Below, piece after piece: positions 23,867 to 35,000 of a stretch of 64,000 nucleotides of DNA. Both the position numbers and the translations under genes were made by a program. The notes beneath the pieces are model-generated. The model saw only the letters and a list, made by a program, of their open reading frames with translations, ran no database searches and had not been told where the DNA came from. Origin of the DNA: Spizellomyces punctatus DAOM BR117 (lineage: Eukaryota); NCBI GenBank assembly GCA_000182565.2, contig KQ257472.1; one strand, written 5' to 3'. Position 1 is the stretch's first letter; every line of letters starts with the position of its first letter.

Positions 23867-23897
23867 GGTGGTAATGGGGTGGAGTCTTGGGTAGTTA

Positions 23898-24058
23898 CAA
23901 TATTACTTGTAACAACAACAATAGGGTGGGTCACAGGCCCAAGAGATGCAATGTTACTTGCAGTCAAGATAGGGTGGGTCACAGGCCCAAGAGATGCAAT
24001 GTTACTTGCAGTCAAAATAGGGTGGGTCACAGGCCCAAAATATGCAATATTACTTGCA
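23898..24058. repeat. 48-bp tandem repeat (~3.3 units) in the Gypsy-B 5' leader
   Basis: ATAGGGTGGGTCACAGGCCC recurs at 23921, 23969 and 24017. Confidence 0.9.
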
Positions 24059-24465
24059 AGTACAACTGGTGGGGAGGATACAGGGGGACTCTACAGCTTC
24101 TTCACAATCCCACAATAGAAAAACTCTATCTGTTTTCTCAGAGCTTCTGATGCTAACCAAGTGGTGTGTTTGGTGGTAGTTCTGGAGGTTGTGCTGGGGG
24201 TAGGTTTGTGGTATGGGGTGGTGTGGGCTGGTCTGTAGGAGTCCTTGAGGGGGGGTTCTGGGCATAAGTTGGGTCTGGGATAAGAGGCAGGGGTCTTCTG
24301 ATATTACTCAGAAGGACTAAGGCTGGGTCTGGGGTCTGGGGTCTGTTGGTCTTCTGATATTACTCAGAAGGTCTAGGGCAGGTTCTGGGGGTCTGGGGAT
24401 CTTAGCTTCTGATCTCTCACAGAAGGTCTAAGAGTCTGGGGTTGTTGTCTAAGGTGGTGCTACCA

Positions 24466-25015
24466 TGTAACAGGCTAGCAGGGACAAGAAGACAACAGAA
24501 AACTAGGGAAGACTTGGTTACTACTTGTTATTTTCCTTTGAGGAGCCTCAGAGAGGTCCTCTTTTTATAGACAAAGGGGCTGACAAATGCTATATCCTAA
24601 CTACCCAATCAGATCTCACCCACATCATCCTAAGCTATTTGTCAGCCTATTGCACCATTTGCAACCAATCAGAACTCATACATGTCATCCTAAACTATTT
24701 GTCAGCCTATTGCACCATTTGCAACCAATCAGATCTTGTACATGTCATCCTAAACTATTTGTCAGCCTATTGCACCATTTATAGCCAATCACAAGTGAGA
24801 CAAGTCATCCTAAATACACTGTGCCACTTGATTGAAAGGGGCAGATGCCAGTGTGTCAGGATACTCATCTAATTTAGCCAGAAATGGCTAAATCTGCTTA
24901 TTTATCTAATTCTGGTCAAATGAATGCTGACACCATCAGCAAAGTCATGTGACCACTAGTTTGGAACCACATCTAACCAGTATAACCATAGCACTGACAG
25001 AAGAATTCTGTCACA
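24466..25015 (-). repeat. Gypsy-B 5' LTR (550 bp)
   Basis: Abuts PBS TGGTAGCACCACC. Contains 60-bp tandem units. Confidence 0.95.
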
Positions 25016-28000
25016 TGAGGCCAGCGTGGATGGCGGTGATGAGTGCAGGCTGTAATGCCAAATGAAATATGGCCTCTGCCAGTGTTGAGGAGGGTGCAGG
25101 ACTGGCTGGTGGGGTGCACAGCCGTCATCTTCTGCATTCCGACACCCATATTTTGGTCACGGTAAAGCAAAGAAGTGTTTCCGTGCCAAGTAGCCACAAA
25201 AGTGTATCAGCGATGATGTGGAAGCATCCTGGTTTGTGAATGATTGTCATCCATTCGGACCAGTAACTAAGATCGAGGGCCCAGCGGAGGAGCTTTCGGT
25301 TCTCGCCTTTGTATTTGGCAAGCCACAAAAGAGCTCGGTGATCAGTAATGACTGTGAAAGGCAGGCCTTCGAGGTATGGGCAGAGTTTTCCGAGGCCCCA
25401 AATGAGGCATCCGGCCTCGAGTTCGACAGGGGGGGCCTTCTTTTCCAAGGTGGTGGTGCCTCGGGAATGGTAGCACAGCGGGCATTTAGAAGCATCCAGC
25501 TGTAACTGTTCGAGCATGACATTAAATGCTGTGTAGGAAGTGTCACTGTGAAGGGTGTAGGGGAACCCTTTTCTGGGTGCCGCAAGCACTGGAGCTGTTG
25601 TCAGCGCCTGCTTGGCAGCTGTGAAGGCAGAGTTTTGGGAGTCAGTCCATGAAACTTCACACTTTGCGACAAATCTGCACAGACCTTGGTTGGGGTGCTT
25701 GCGAGCAAGGTATCCGACACAAAAGGGGTCAATGGGCAAGTCGGCCAGCAATGATTGGCATAGATTGACTGCTGGTAGGTCTGAGGAGCTAGATTTAGGA
25801 TGTTGCGAAACCTCAAATCGGGCTCCGGTTGCTGTGATTGATGGGGCCACTGCTGTGTCAAGCATGGACAGTGAATTGAGCTTTTCAGTGCCTTTCTTTG
25901 GGTCAGCGTGACCCTTTTTAAGGTCTCGGTATTCACAAATGCCCTCTTGGATAGCATCTTGCAGGGGTCGGATGAGTTCCACGTAGCGAGGGATGAATTG
26001 GGCATAGAACCCCAGAAGACCCACGAAGGACCATAGGTTGCCAATGAATTTGGGTCGTGGCCAATTGACTATGGTTGCAACCTTGTCTGGATTGGTAGCG
26101 AGGCCCTGGGAAGAGGCAACGAAACCGAGGGCCATGAGCTGGTGAAAGAGCCATTGACACTTGTCGAGTCTTAGGGTGAGTTTGGCCCTGGAAAAGCAGT
26201 TGAGCCAGTCCGCAATGGCATCTAGGGCTTCCATAGCTGTCTCCGCTTGTGTATGGATATTGTCGATGAAGTTGTTGATATTTCGCCATTTGGAGGGACC
26301 CAAGGTGTCATCCATCACCCAACAGAAGTGCGAGGGGGCAGTCTTGGGTCTGAAGGGCATGAAAGGTGGTTCGTAGATGCCATTGTGGAGTCTGATTGCG
26401 GGCCATTTGCGTACTGACATATCAGTGATGGCGATTTGGTAAAATCCTTTGTTTGCATCACCTCCTGATATGTATCGGAATGGGACTGCAACGATCCAGT
26501 TCAGGATGTCGAGCATGATGGGAAAGGGATATGGATCCCAGGCCATGCAGTCATTGGCTCAGCAATAGTCAAAGGCTACCCGCGGGGGTTTGTCTGTGTA
26601 GCAAATAATAACAGGATCGCTGGCAAAGGTTACTTTGGTGGTTCGTTTCCACCTCTGAAGCCCCATCATGGTGTCTTGCTCTGTCTCGAGGGCTGTCCGC
26701 TCCAACGGAGAGTACGACCGTGGCCTCAAAAGGGGTGGCAGAGCCAAGATAAATTGAGGTGCATAAGGAATCTTGGTGTAGTTCCCTATGAGATGACCCT
26801 CATAGCTGAAGGCTTGATGGAAGTGTCGTAGAATGTTGATTAGGGCCCAGACCATGGGTTTGGGTCATTTGAGATCGACGTGGAAATGTTCCGCGTCTTT
26901 TAATTGGGCTTCAAAGGCCCCTGGAGCCTTCTCTGTAGAGTTGAGGTTCCATTTGTTCCGAAGTGTCTGCCATTCTTCTTCGGAAATGTTCTCTTCGGGG
27001 TCCGCGACCGAATTATGGGTCGCGGTGGACAGTTTGAGGCCTAACGGGGCCGTTGTGCTAGCAGCAGTGGCCTCAAGAGGGTTTTTGATGAGAAAAGTTT
27101 GGGCTGCCATGCGCATCTGTCCTGTGATTAACATGGTTAATCTAGACTTCTGAGCTTTGGCTTTGGTCAGCCATGGCATTGACACATCCTTCATGAATTC
27201 ACCCTGCTTGGTCTTGTATGGTGTGCTGTGCATGTGATCAGTGTCCAGCTCATCTGTTATGAAGCAAGGGATAAGGATGTCCAGATTCTTGAGTGTCACT
27301 GTGAAACTGGGTAACAGGGGTTCCTGAACCAAGATTTGGAGTTTCAAATGTCCCAGAACATTGTTGGCTAGGATGATGAGAGGTTTCCCATATGCAATGA
27401 CTCAGAAATAGGTGCGGAAAGTCAGGTATTCTCCTCTGCAGCCTCTGAGGGAAGTTTCGAGGTATACTGTCTTGGTAGATGAGATACATCCACCAATGCC
27501 GTTGAAAGCCATCATTTCCGCATCCTGCAAATCGGTTTCGGAGAACAGAAGGCCCTGGTATGTGTCAGAAATCAGAGACTCGCAGGCTCCTGTGTCTAGT
27601 ACCACAGGTGCCCAGAGCTGAGCAATGATGGCTAGTGTCCAGCAAGGCTGCGTTTGGGTCTTGGTCTGGCTTTTGAGTACATCGCCTAAATCTACCATGT
27701 AGAAGGCATTGATAGAAGGCACCGCGACCTCGAAATGGGGCGCGATGTCGTTAATTGTTGCTTCCATAGCCTTGATCAAACTCTCAAAGTGTTCTCTAGG
27801 TTTGTCATTTTGTGGTTTTGTTGGTTTATTCTGGCAAGCAACTTGTTCAATAGCCAGCATGACTATATGCATCCATTCACTCTCTTCGTGTCTTTGGAGA
27901 CATGGATGGTCTTTAATGTGCAGGAATTTGGGGTTTCCACAACGATAATAATAGTCTGAGTGAATGATATTGCCTGTCAGGAGAAATGCCACCAGTTGCA

Positions 28001-30623
28001 GGTTGGCATAAGAATCAAAGATAACAGGATCTTCAGAGCTCCACATCAAGAATTTCTCATGCTCATCGAGCCTTATCCAGGCAAGGAGGATCAAACGAGG
28101 GGTACCATCTTCTCGGACCTTTCGCAGGATTCGATCCTTGTTAGCTTCAGCTGTGGCAGTGATGTAGAGGTGGTGGGAACTCCATGCAACTGCATAGGGG
28201 TTGTTCCCGAGGTGCCTGGTGCCTCGCTTCGGTTCTTTGGCAAAGAAGCTGAGCACACGGGGGTTGTTGCCCATCATCAGAGCCACTTGCAGGGTGCCCC
28301 AGATGATGGCTATTTTGTCCCAGACTCGGTCCCAGCCCTGTGTGGGCATGCAGGGGTCCTCTTCCTTAGTCTCTGTGACCTCGGAAAGAGGTGCGGTCAT
28401 CAAAATTGTTGATTCCAAGTGCTTGGGTGAATGAAAGAATCCGATGGTGTGGAATCCTTGATTAGCGGCGGCTGTCCTTTCCAGTTCCAAAGCCAAAAAA
28501 AGAGTCTCAGTGGTAGCGGACGTCAAGTCCAGCTCCACTATGTAAGACTTCTTGGACTCCTGTTTGGGTTTCCAACCTGCGGGCATGGGTTCTCCATATG
28601 GTCCCTTCTTTCCATCTTCAGGATCTTTTCGGTTCGGGTTCTGCCAGCAGAAAACATTCCAATGCTTTTTCTGACAGAATTTGCAGGGTGCCAGTGGTTC
28701 CTTGTTGGGGTCCAGAACCATCTTCTGAAGACCATTGTGACCCTTTTCGGGGTTTCTGGTTTTATGTTGAGCCGTCTGCTTAGGGCCTTTGTTGGTTCTG
28801 GTCTTTTGTGACTTCTTCTGAGCTTCTGTGGCACCGCTGTAGCAAGGGTCTCATTTTCTGGTGTCATCAGAGCTGAAATAAAGGCACAGGAAGTCTTTTA
28901 ATTTGGTCAGGTTCATGATGTTACAGGATTTGACCATGATTTGGATGTCGCTGGGCAATTGTTCGACTATTAGGTCGAAATGCTGGTCAGCGGGACATTC
29001 TATGTTTGCCCAGTCACCATATGTGAGGTGCCGGAGATGAGTTTTGTGGTCAATGAATGCAAGAAAGCTGCGAAATTCTTTGGGGTTCACATGGCAGTGC
29101 ACATATTCAGTTTTGCACTTGGACTCAGTTAGGGGGTCTCGGAACTCTCGAAGCAGTTCTTCCTTCCACCTTTTCCAGGTCCATGAGCGAGTTTCCTGGG
29201 CTTCCAGAGTGTAAAACCAAGCATTGGCAGGGGTTTTCTCGGCTATCATGGCTGGCAGGAGCTGTACCATCCTGGCATCCAATGTTGTGCTAACATTTTG
29301 AAGAAGTTGGACTTTGTTAAGCCATTCTTCAATGCCTTGGTTTCTTCGACCCATAAACTTGGGTATGTCCTTTGCTTTCAAGGAATTGACCTTGGTGTCA
29401 CTGGCCCACGGGGCTGCTGGCACTTGGATTGGAGGCACCACACCTGAAAAACTTGGTTTGGTATGCTCCCTTGGTGTGTCCGCCATTTCCCACCGCGTTG
29501 CGGACCATTCTCTTGTAGCTCATGCTATGGGAGGTTGTTCAGGCAGCGGGTGATGCACTAGGGCTTCTAAGGCTCGTGCGAGGTGCTCATCCGCTGCTGT
29601 CTGACATTTGGAAAGCCTATGAAGCTGTTCCGTAAGGTTTTGAGTTGCCAACTGCATTGCAGCAGTCGAGTGGGCAATGTCTTCTTTTAACGCTGCCACT
29701 TCAGAGGCCATCATGGCCAAGCGAGGGGCTTCCGGCTCAGCGGAAGCGGTCCCTGAACACCTTGGGCATGTTGCGGGAGGGACTTTGACGTCCTCCGCAG
29801 GACCCTGACTACAAGTATGGATCACAGGTGAGCGGCCTTGCGTTGGTGAGCGTTTGACTGGCATCATTCTCAGTTTCGTGAAGTTCTGTCTCTGAAACAA
29901 GAGAAAAAGTTTCTGAGTAGCTACCTGAGTGGATCTCGGTTTGTGCAAGAGTTTCGGTATGACCGAATAAGGTTTTCAGCTGAATTTGAGAGGGGAAGGC
30001 AGTTCGTCGTGCTTCTCCACCATGTAATGGATTTTTTGTAGGTAGACTATGGTAAAGACAACTTGGGTCTCCTAGCAGGTTATGGGGGTGGCCGTACTAG
30101 GAATCATAGTCTCCAAATCCTTTCTTTGGGTGTCGGGAGCGAATTGGGGGCAATAGGCAAGGAGAGTCAGTTAGTTGTGAACTGAGCAGGATTTAGAGGC
30201 TTCAGTGCAGGTGATCAGGCCATTGAAGCGCTCTGTTAGGTTCCTGGTAACCTAAGATTGGAGTTGAGAAGCTAGTTGTGGGGATTTAGTGTCGCTACAG
30301 CTTCTGCCTGCATCTTGTTTCTATTGAATACATCCTTTTTATACAAGATTCTTGGATAAACTGTTAAACTAAACTAAACTAATGGGTACCGCTGCACCGC
30401 AACTGATTTATTGGTGGCGGTACCGATCTCTTCCTTTTCTGCACTGGCTCGGGCCTCCACAGGTTGTACGAGGCATGCTGAAATCTAATGCACCAATTGC
30501 CATTCTCCGAACCGGTTTTTTCAGTCACGGTAACCCAATCGGTGGAGTTGGTCACGCGATTCATGCTTCCTGCATCCGATTTGGGCTTACTGGCGATCTC
30601 TCAAAGATGACCTCATTGTTACA
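25016..30623 (-). mobile_element. Gypsy-C degraded, 3'-truncated copy (5' LTR 30023-30623, gag to RNase H)
   Basis: Colinear with 41658-47264 at offset 16,642, with many CG>TG/CA changes and stops. Integrase and 3' LTR are missing at the Gypsy-B junction. Confidence 0.93.
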
Positions 30624-30625
30624 GG

Positions 30626-31462
30626 TGTTGCATTGGATGCAATCACATGGGTCATGCTGGGAAAGCCCAGTAGTCCCAGGGACAGCCCCACTGGCTGAGC
30701 CACAGAGCTCAACCGGTCTGGTTATCCGGAGCAGGATGCGACCTGGGGTGGAATTTTGCCATTCATGTGAGTAAACCTTTCGTATAGTAGTAGTCGAATT
30801 CAAGGGCCAAACTAATGTATACCTCACTACATAGAGATAGATAGAGCTCTTGTTTCCAGACCAAAAGAAAGGTCAAGAAGAGATTAAAGCCTTTGCTACT
30901 GCTGCAGGTATAATCTGCAGTGGGTGTAAGGTAGACCTGTCCTTTGGTATTCGCATGCAAGTGTGAACTTAGATTTTTGTGATGCATCTCATTGTCATAT
31001 CACCATATATAGCTATAGTGATCATGTAGCCATGTATGGCCAAAGTATGGCACAGCATGTAACAGTAGTTAGATTATATAAGCCCTGCCACACTGATGAC
31101 CTGTCAAAGTAGTTCAGTTCCACAGCAGCCCCATAGTTAGAGGATTATTTGTCCCTTTATTTTGCTAGCACCAATCACTTCTGATTGGTGCAAGAGGGAC
31201 CGCACTGGTGGAGGCAGGAAATCTCATGCTGATGCCCCACTGAAGGAGGGAGCAAGCATAAAAGAGCGCTGCTCCAAAGCCCCTCAAAAAGGGAAAAAAA
31301 AGGAAAAACTAGAAGAACAACTAGCCCAGTTAGCAACTTGAGGAACTATCAATAGTTCCCTTTCTCTTGTATTAACAACAAAGTCTTTATACAGCCCTCC
31401 TGCAGGGCCCAATGATTCACAAGAAAATGTCGACTAGAGCAATCTGGTTGATTGACATTACA
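30626..31462 (+). repeat. Gypsy-D-family LTR in opposite orientation (solo or orphan); left boundary uncertain
   Basis: 31015-31462 is the reverse complement of 37472-37918 and ends ...GACATTACA with no PBS after it. The TG at 30626 is only a candidate start. Confidence 0.7.
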
Positions 31463-32043
31463 GGCTGACCCCTGGAGCAGCTTCACCCGGTGCCCACAGG
31501 GACCATTTGCTGAGTTGTCACTCATTTCTGGTCATGTATATACTTTATACAAAAGTGTGCTTATTGCTATCTTAGTGCTAGGCAAGCCTTTACTTTTGTT
31601 GCATCATCTTTGTACTAGCAGAAGCCCTACTGAATATACATGCATACTTGGAAGCTTCTTTACATACAAAGAACTAGTTGCTTCATCCTTTTAAATGGAA
31701 GTGTATTTTGCTTTCCCCTCTATCATTTGTATTACCCACTGTCAATAACATCTTTCTTCAAAGAATGTCTTTTCCCCACATGGACATCACAATATGCCTT
31801 GGTCCACACTTGAGACCAACTGCACATGTAAGCCCTGCATGATTTATGCAGGCACCTTGCTCATCACATCATGGGAGTGGTTATGGAGGTGGTGACTGTA
31901 GGTCATTGCCTCCACAGTCCCATGCATAGTGTTTGCATGCTTGGGTAGGTCATTGTTTGTTTTTGGTTTCTGTTGCCTTTCATGTTGTTAACTGGAGTGG
32001 ACTGGATTTAGATTTTCAACCAGTCGGGGGCTTGAGAGTATCT

Positions 32044-35000
32044 TCAAGCCCAGTCATTTCCAACAAACCCCCGAAGAACATATTGCTTTTGTTCCATTTT
32101 GGGCTGTTGGGACCTTGCACTCAGGGTTTGTGGTTGGTGTGGGTCTGTTGGGTATGCTTGTATACTTGTAATAGACATCATCCTCGTAAATATATGTTTC
32201 ACATTCTTAATGTTCCATTTTCCAAATCTTGTAAATGTTTGTCTGTCAAATGTGGTGGAGAGGTTCCCAAGTGTTTTTGCTATGTGGGTATCCCTTCCAT
32301 TTGATGAGGAATTGTGGTTTACCGAGTCATCAGCATTGGTCAATAATCTCCTCAACTTCATATTCAGGAATCCCTGTGATATGAACAGGAGGTGGAAGTA
32401 CTATTACATTCCTGTAGTGGTGAGACACTGGGTCTTCATATTTCTTTAGGACACTAACATGGAAGATAGGATATAAAGCAGATAAGCGAGTATCCTGTAG
32501 GTTGAGCTCGTAAGTGTCTGGGTAAGGTCCTTTTGCCTTGACTGTGTAGGGACCAATCCAGCTAGTGGCTAGCTTTGCTGGTTTTCACAGACTAATGTCT
32601 ACCTCAATCCCTTTGCAATTGAGTAGGACCTGGTCTCCTACGGTGAAGGTAATAGCTGTGCATTCTTTGTCATAGTGTTCAGCATATTTATCCTGTAGTT
32701 CCTTCATGCAGTGTTGAATGATTATGGCTATTTCATCCATCGCTTTTTTGATGTCCTTAATCTCATTTCAGTCAATAGGTTTCATTGTTTGGAGTTCTGT
32801 GGAAGTAATGACTCCATCTGCTTGTAAGGGCATCCACCTGATATCTGCCTCGAATGGTGTCAGTCCATGTTGATTCAGGGTGTTGTTCAATGCAAACTTG
32901 AGGAGAGGAAGATACTGTGGCCAATTATCTGCTGCATAGTTGAGGTATGGCCAATATATGGACTTTACTGTCCATATCATCCGTTCACATTTGCCATCAG
33001 TTTGTTGGTGTTGGGCGCTAGCAAATTGGTGTTTTGTACCAAGGATTTTACAGAAGGCCTCAGAGAAATCAGAAAGGGCTTTCGGGTCATGGTCTGTAAT
33101 AAAGATCCTGGATGCTCCTACATTCTTGTAGACTTGGGACAAATATGTCTGTGTGAGATCATGAGCATTGGAAGTTTGGAGTGTTGGTACAAGGATGGTC
33201 TGGCTAGTCAAGTAATCAACAAAACAAAGAATGGCATCAGGTTGGAATCCATGGGTGCTATTGCCTGGAGGCATATAAGTCATATCGAACCCGATCATAT
33301 GCCATTGACTGTTAGGGATTGGTAATGGTTGCAAAAACCCATGCTTCTGTAAAGGGTTCTTGTATTGTTGGCATTCAGGACAAGTCCAAATGTATGCATA
33401 GACATCACATTCAAGGTGAGGCCAATAGAATCTTCATAGAACTTTAGTGAATGTGCATCGTTGACCTTCATGCGAGCCATCTATTAGGCTGTCATGATAT
33501 TGCTGTAAGACTCTAGTACGCTGCATTTCTGGTACATATAGCCAGTCCTTCTCATAAGTTAGGAGGTCATTTTGTATTGCATAGGGTCATAGCCTTGACC
33601 CTAAGGCACAGGCTGGTGTTGTCTTCAACATTTCGATTATCATAAGGGCATAATTATCTTGGCTCAGTGCCTGAATCCCTTCTTCGTGATTGAATGGCAT
33701 TAGTGTGGTCTCAGTGCTGGCGACTAATATGGCTTGCAACTGGATTTGTTGTTGACACTCTGCACATTGGGGCACATAGTGTGGGTTCCTTGAAAGAATG
33801 TCCGCAACATGGTTAATTTGTCCAGGCATGTATTTGATCATCATGTCAAATTGTTGTAATGTTTTAACCCATCCTGCATCTGAAGGTAGATCAGACTTTT
33901 ATGGTCAGTAAAGGTGCGGAAGAAGATACCAATCAGATATGGGTGGTTATGTTTCAAGAACTTGACTAGGGCTAAAAGTTCCTGTTCATGAACTGGATAC
34001 CGTGTCTTGGCAGGCTTCATCTTATGGGAGTAAAATGAGACTAGTCATAGATGGGGTAGTGCTTTAAGTTCTTGGATGGTTTTTGGCAATGGAGATGGTA
34101 TCTCATCTTCTGGGTCTGTGGTCTGGGCTAGCCATCCACCAATTGTGAATCCTGATGAATCAGTGAAGATGAAAGTGTCTTTGGTCAGGTTGAAGGTCAC
34201 CAGGATGGGTGCAGTGGTAATAGCATTTTTGATCTTTTTGAATGCCGCTTTTTCTTCCTCTTTCCATTGCCATGTTTTCTTTCCAGATTGTAGTTGCAAG
34301 AGGGGCATCATGATTTCTGCATATCAGTTGATGAAGTCAATGAAGTAATTAGTTAATCCTAAGAATCATTGGACATCATGATGGTTTCACAACTCTGGCC
34401 AGTCTTGGACAGCTAGAATCTTGCTTGGAGTGATCCATATGCCATTTCATCCAATAATGTGTCCACAGAACTTGACCTCAGGTTGTCCCCACATGCACTT
34501 GACTGGGTTCACATAGAGTTTGTGTTCAGTTAAGACTCGAAGCACAATATCTACATGCTTCTGGTGTTCCTCCATTGTCCTGGAGAATACCAGGATGTTG
34601 TCGAGGTAGGCGAGGACTAGGTCATCATAATGTGGGCTGAGGATCTTGTTGATGAGGCACTGAAATGCAGCTGGAGTGTTAGTTAATCTGAAAGGCATCA
34701 CAAGATACTCAAAGTGTCCAAATTGTGTATGAATGGCAGTCTTTTCCACATCATGTGGGTTTATTCTAATGCGATGGTAAGCATCTTTGATGTTGATACT
34801 CATGAAGAACTTTGCACCAGCTACACAATCTCGCATCTCCTGTAGATTTGGTAGCAGGGTCCAGTCCTTTTTGGTTACAGCATTTAGTCCTCGATAGTCT
34901 AAACATACTTGTAATCCCCCATCCTTCTTCTTGGCAAACACTATCTGGGTTCCCCAGGGGCTAGTGGAGTGTTGTATTCATCCTTTTGCTAGGAGGTCAT

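Larger units (their letters stand above)
18369..25015 (-). mobile_element. Gypsy-B chromovirus-type Ty3/gypsy LTR retrotransposon (full length, inactivated)
   Basis: TG..CA LTRs 18369-18858 and 24466-25015, PBS 24453-24465, PPT 18859-18870, gag then PR-RT-RH-IN-chromodomain. Flanks CCAGA/TGAGG do not match (no TSD). Confidence 0.96.

Noticed and set aside
23898-24800. 48-bp and 60-bp repeats as a CRISPR-like array
   Set aside because: Head-to-tail units with no unique spacers, inside an LTR element, in eukaryotic context with no cas genes.
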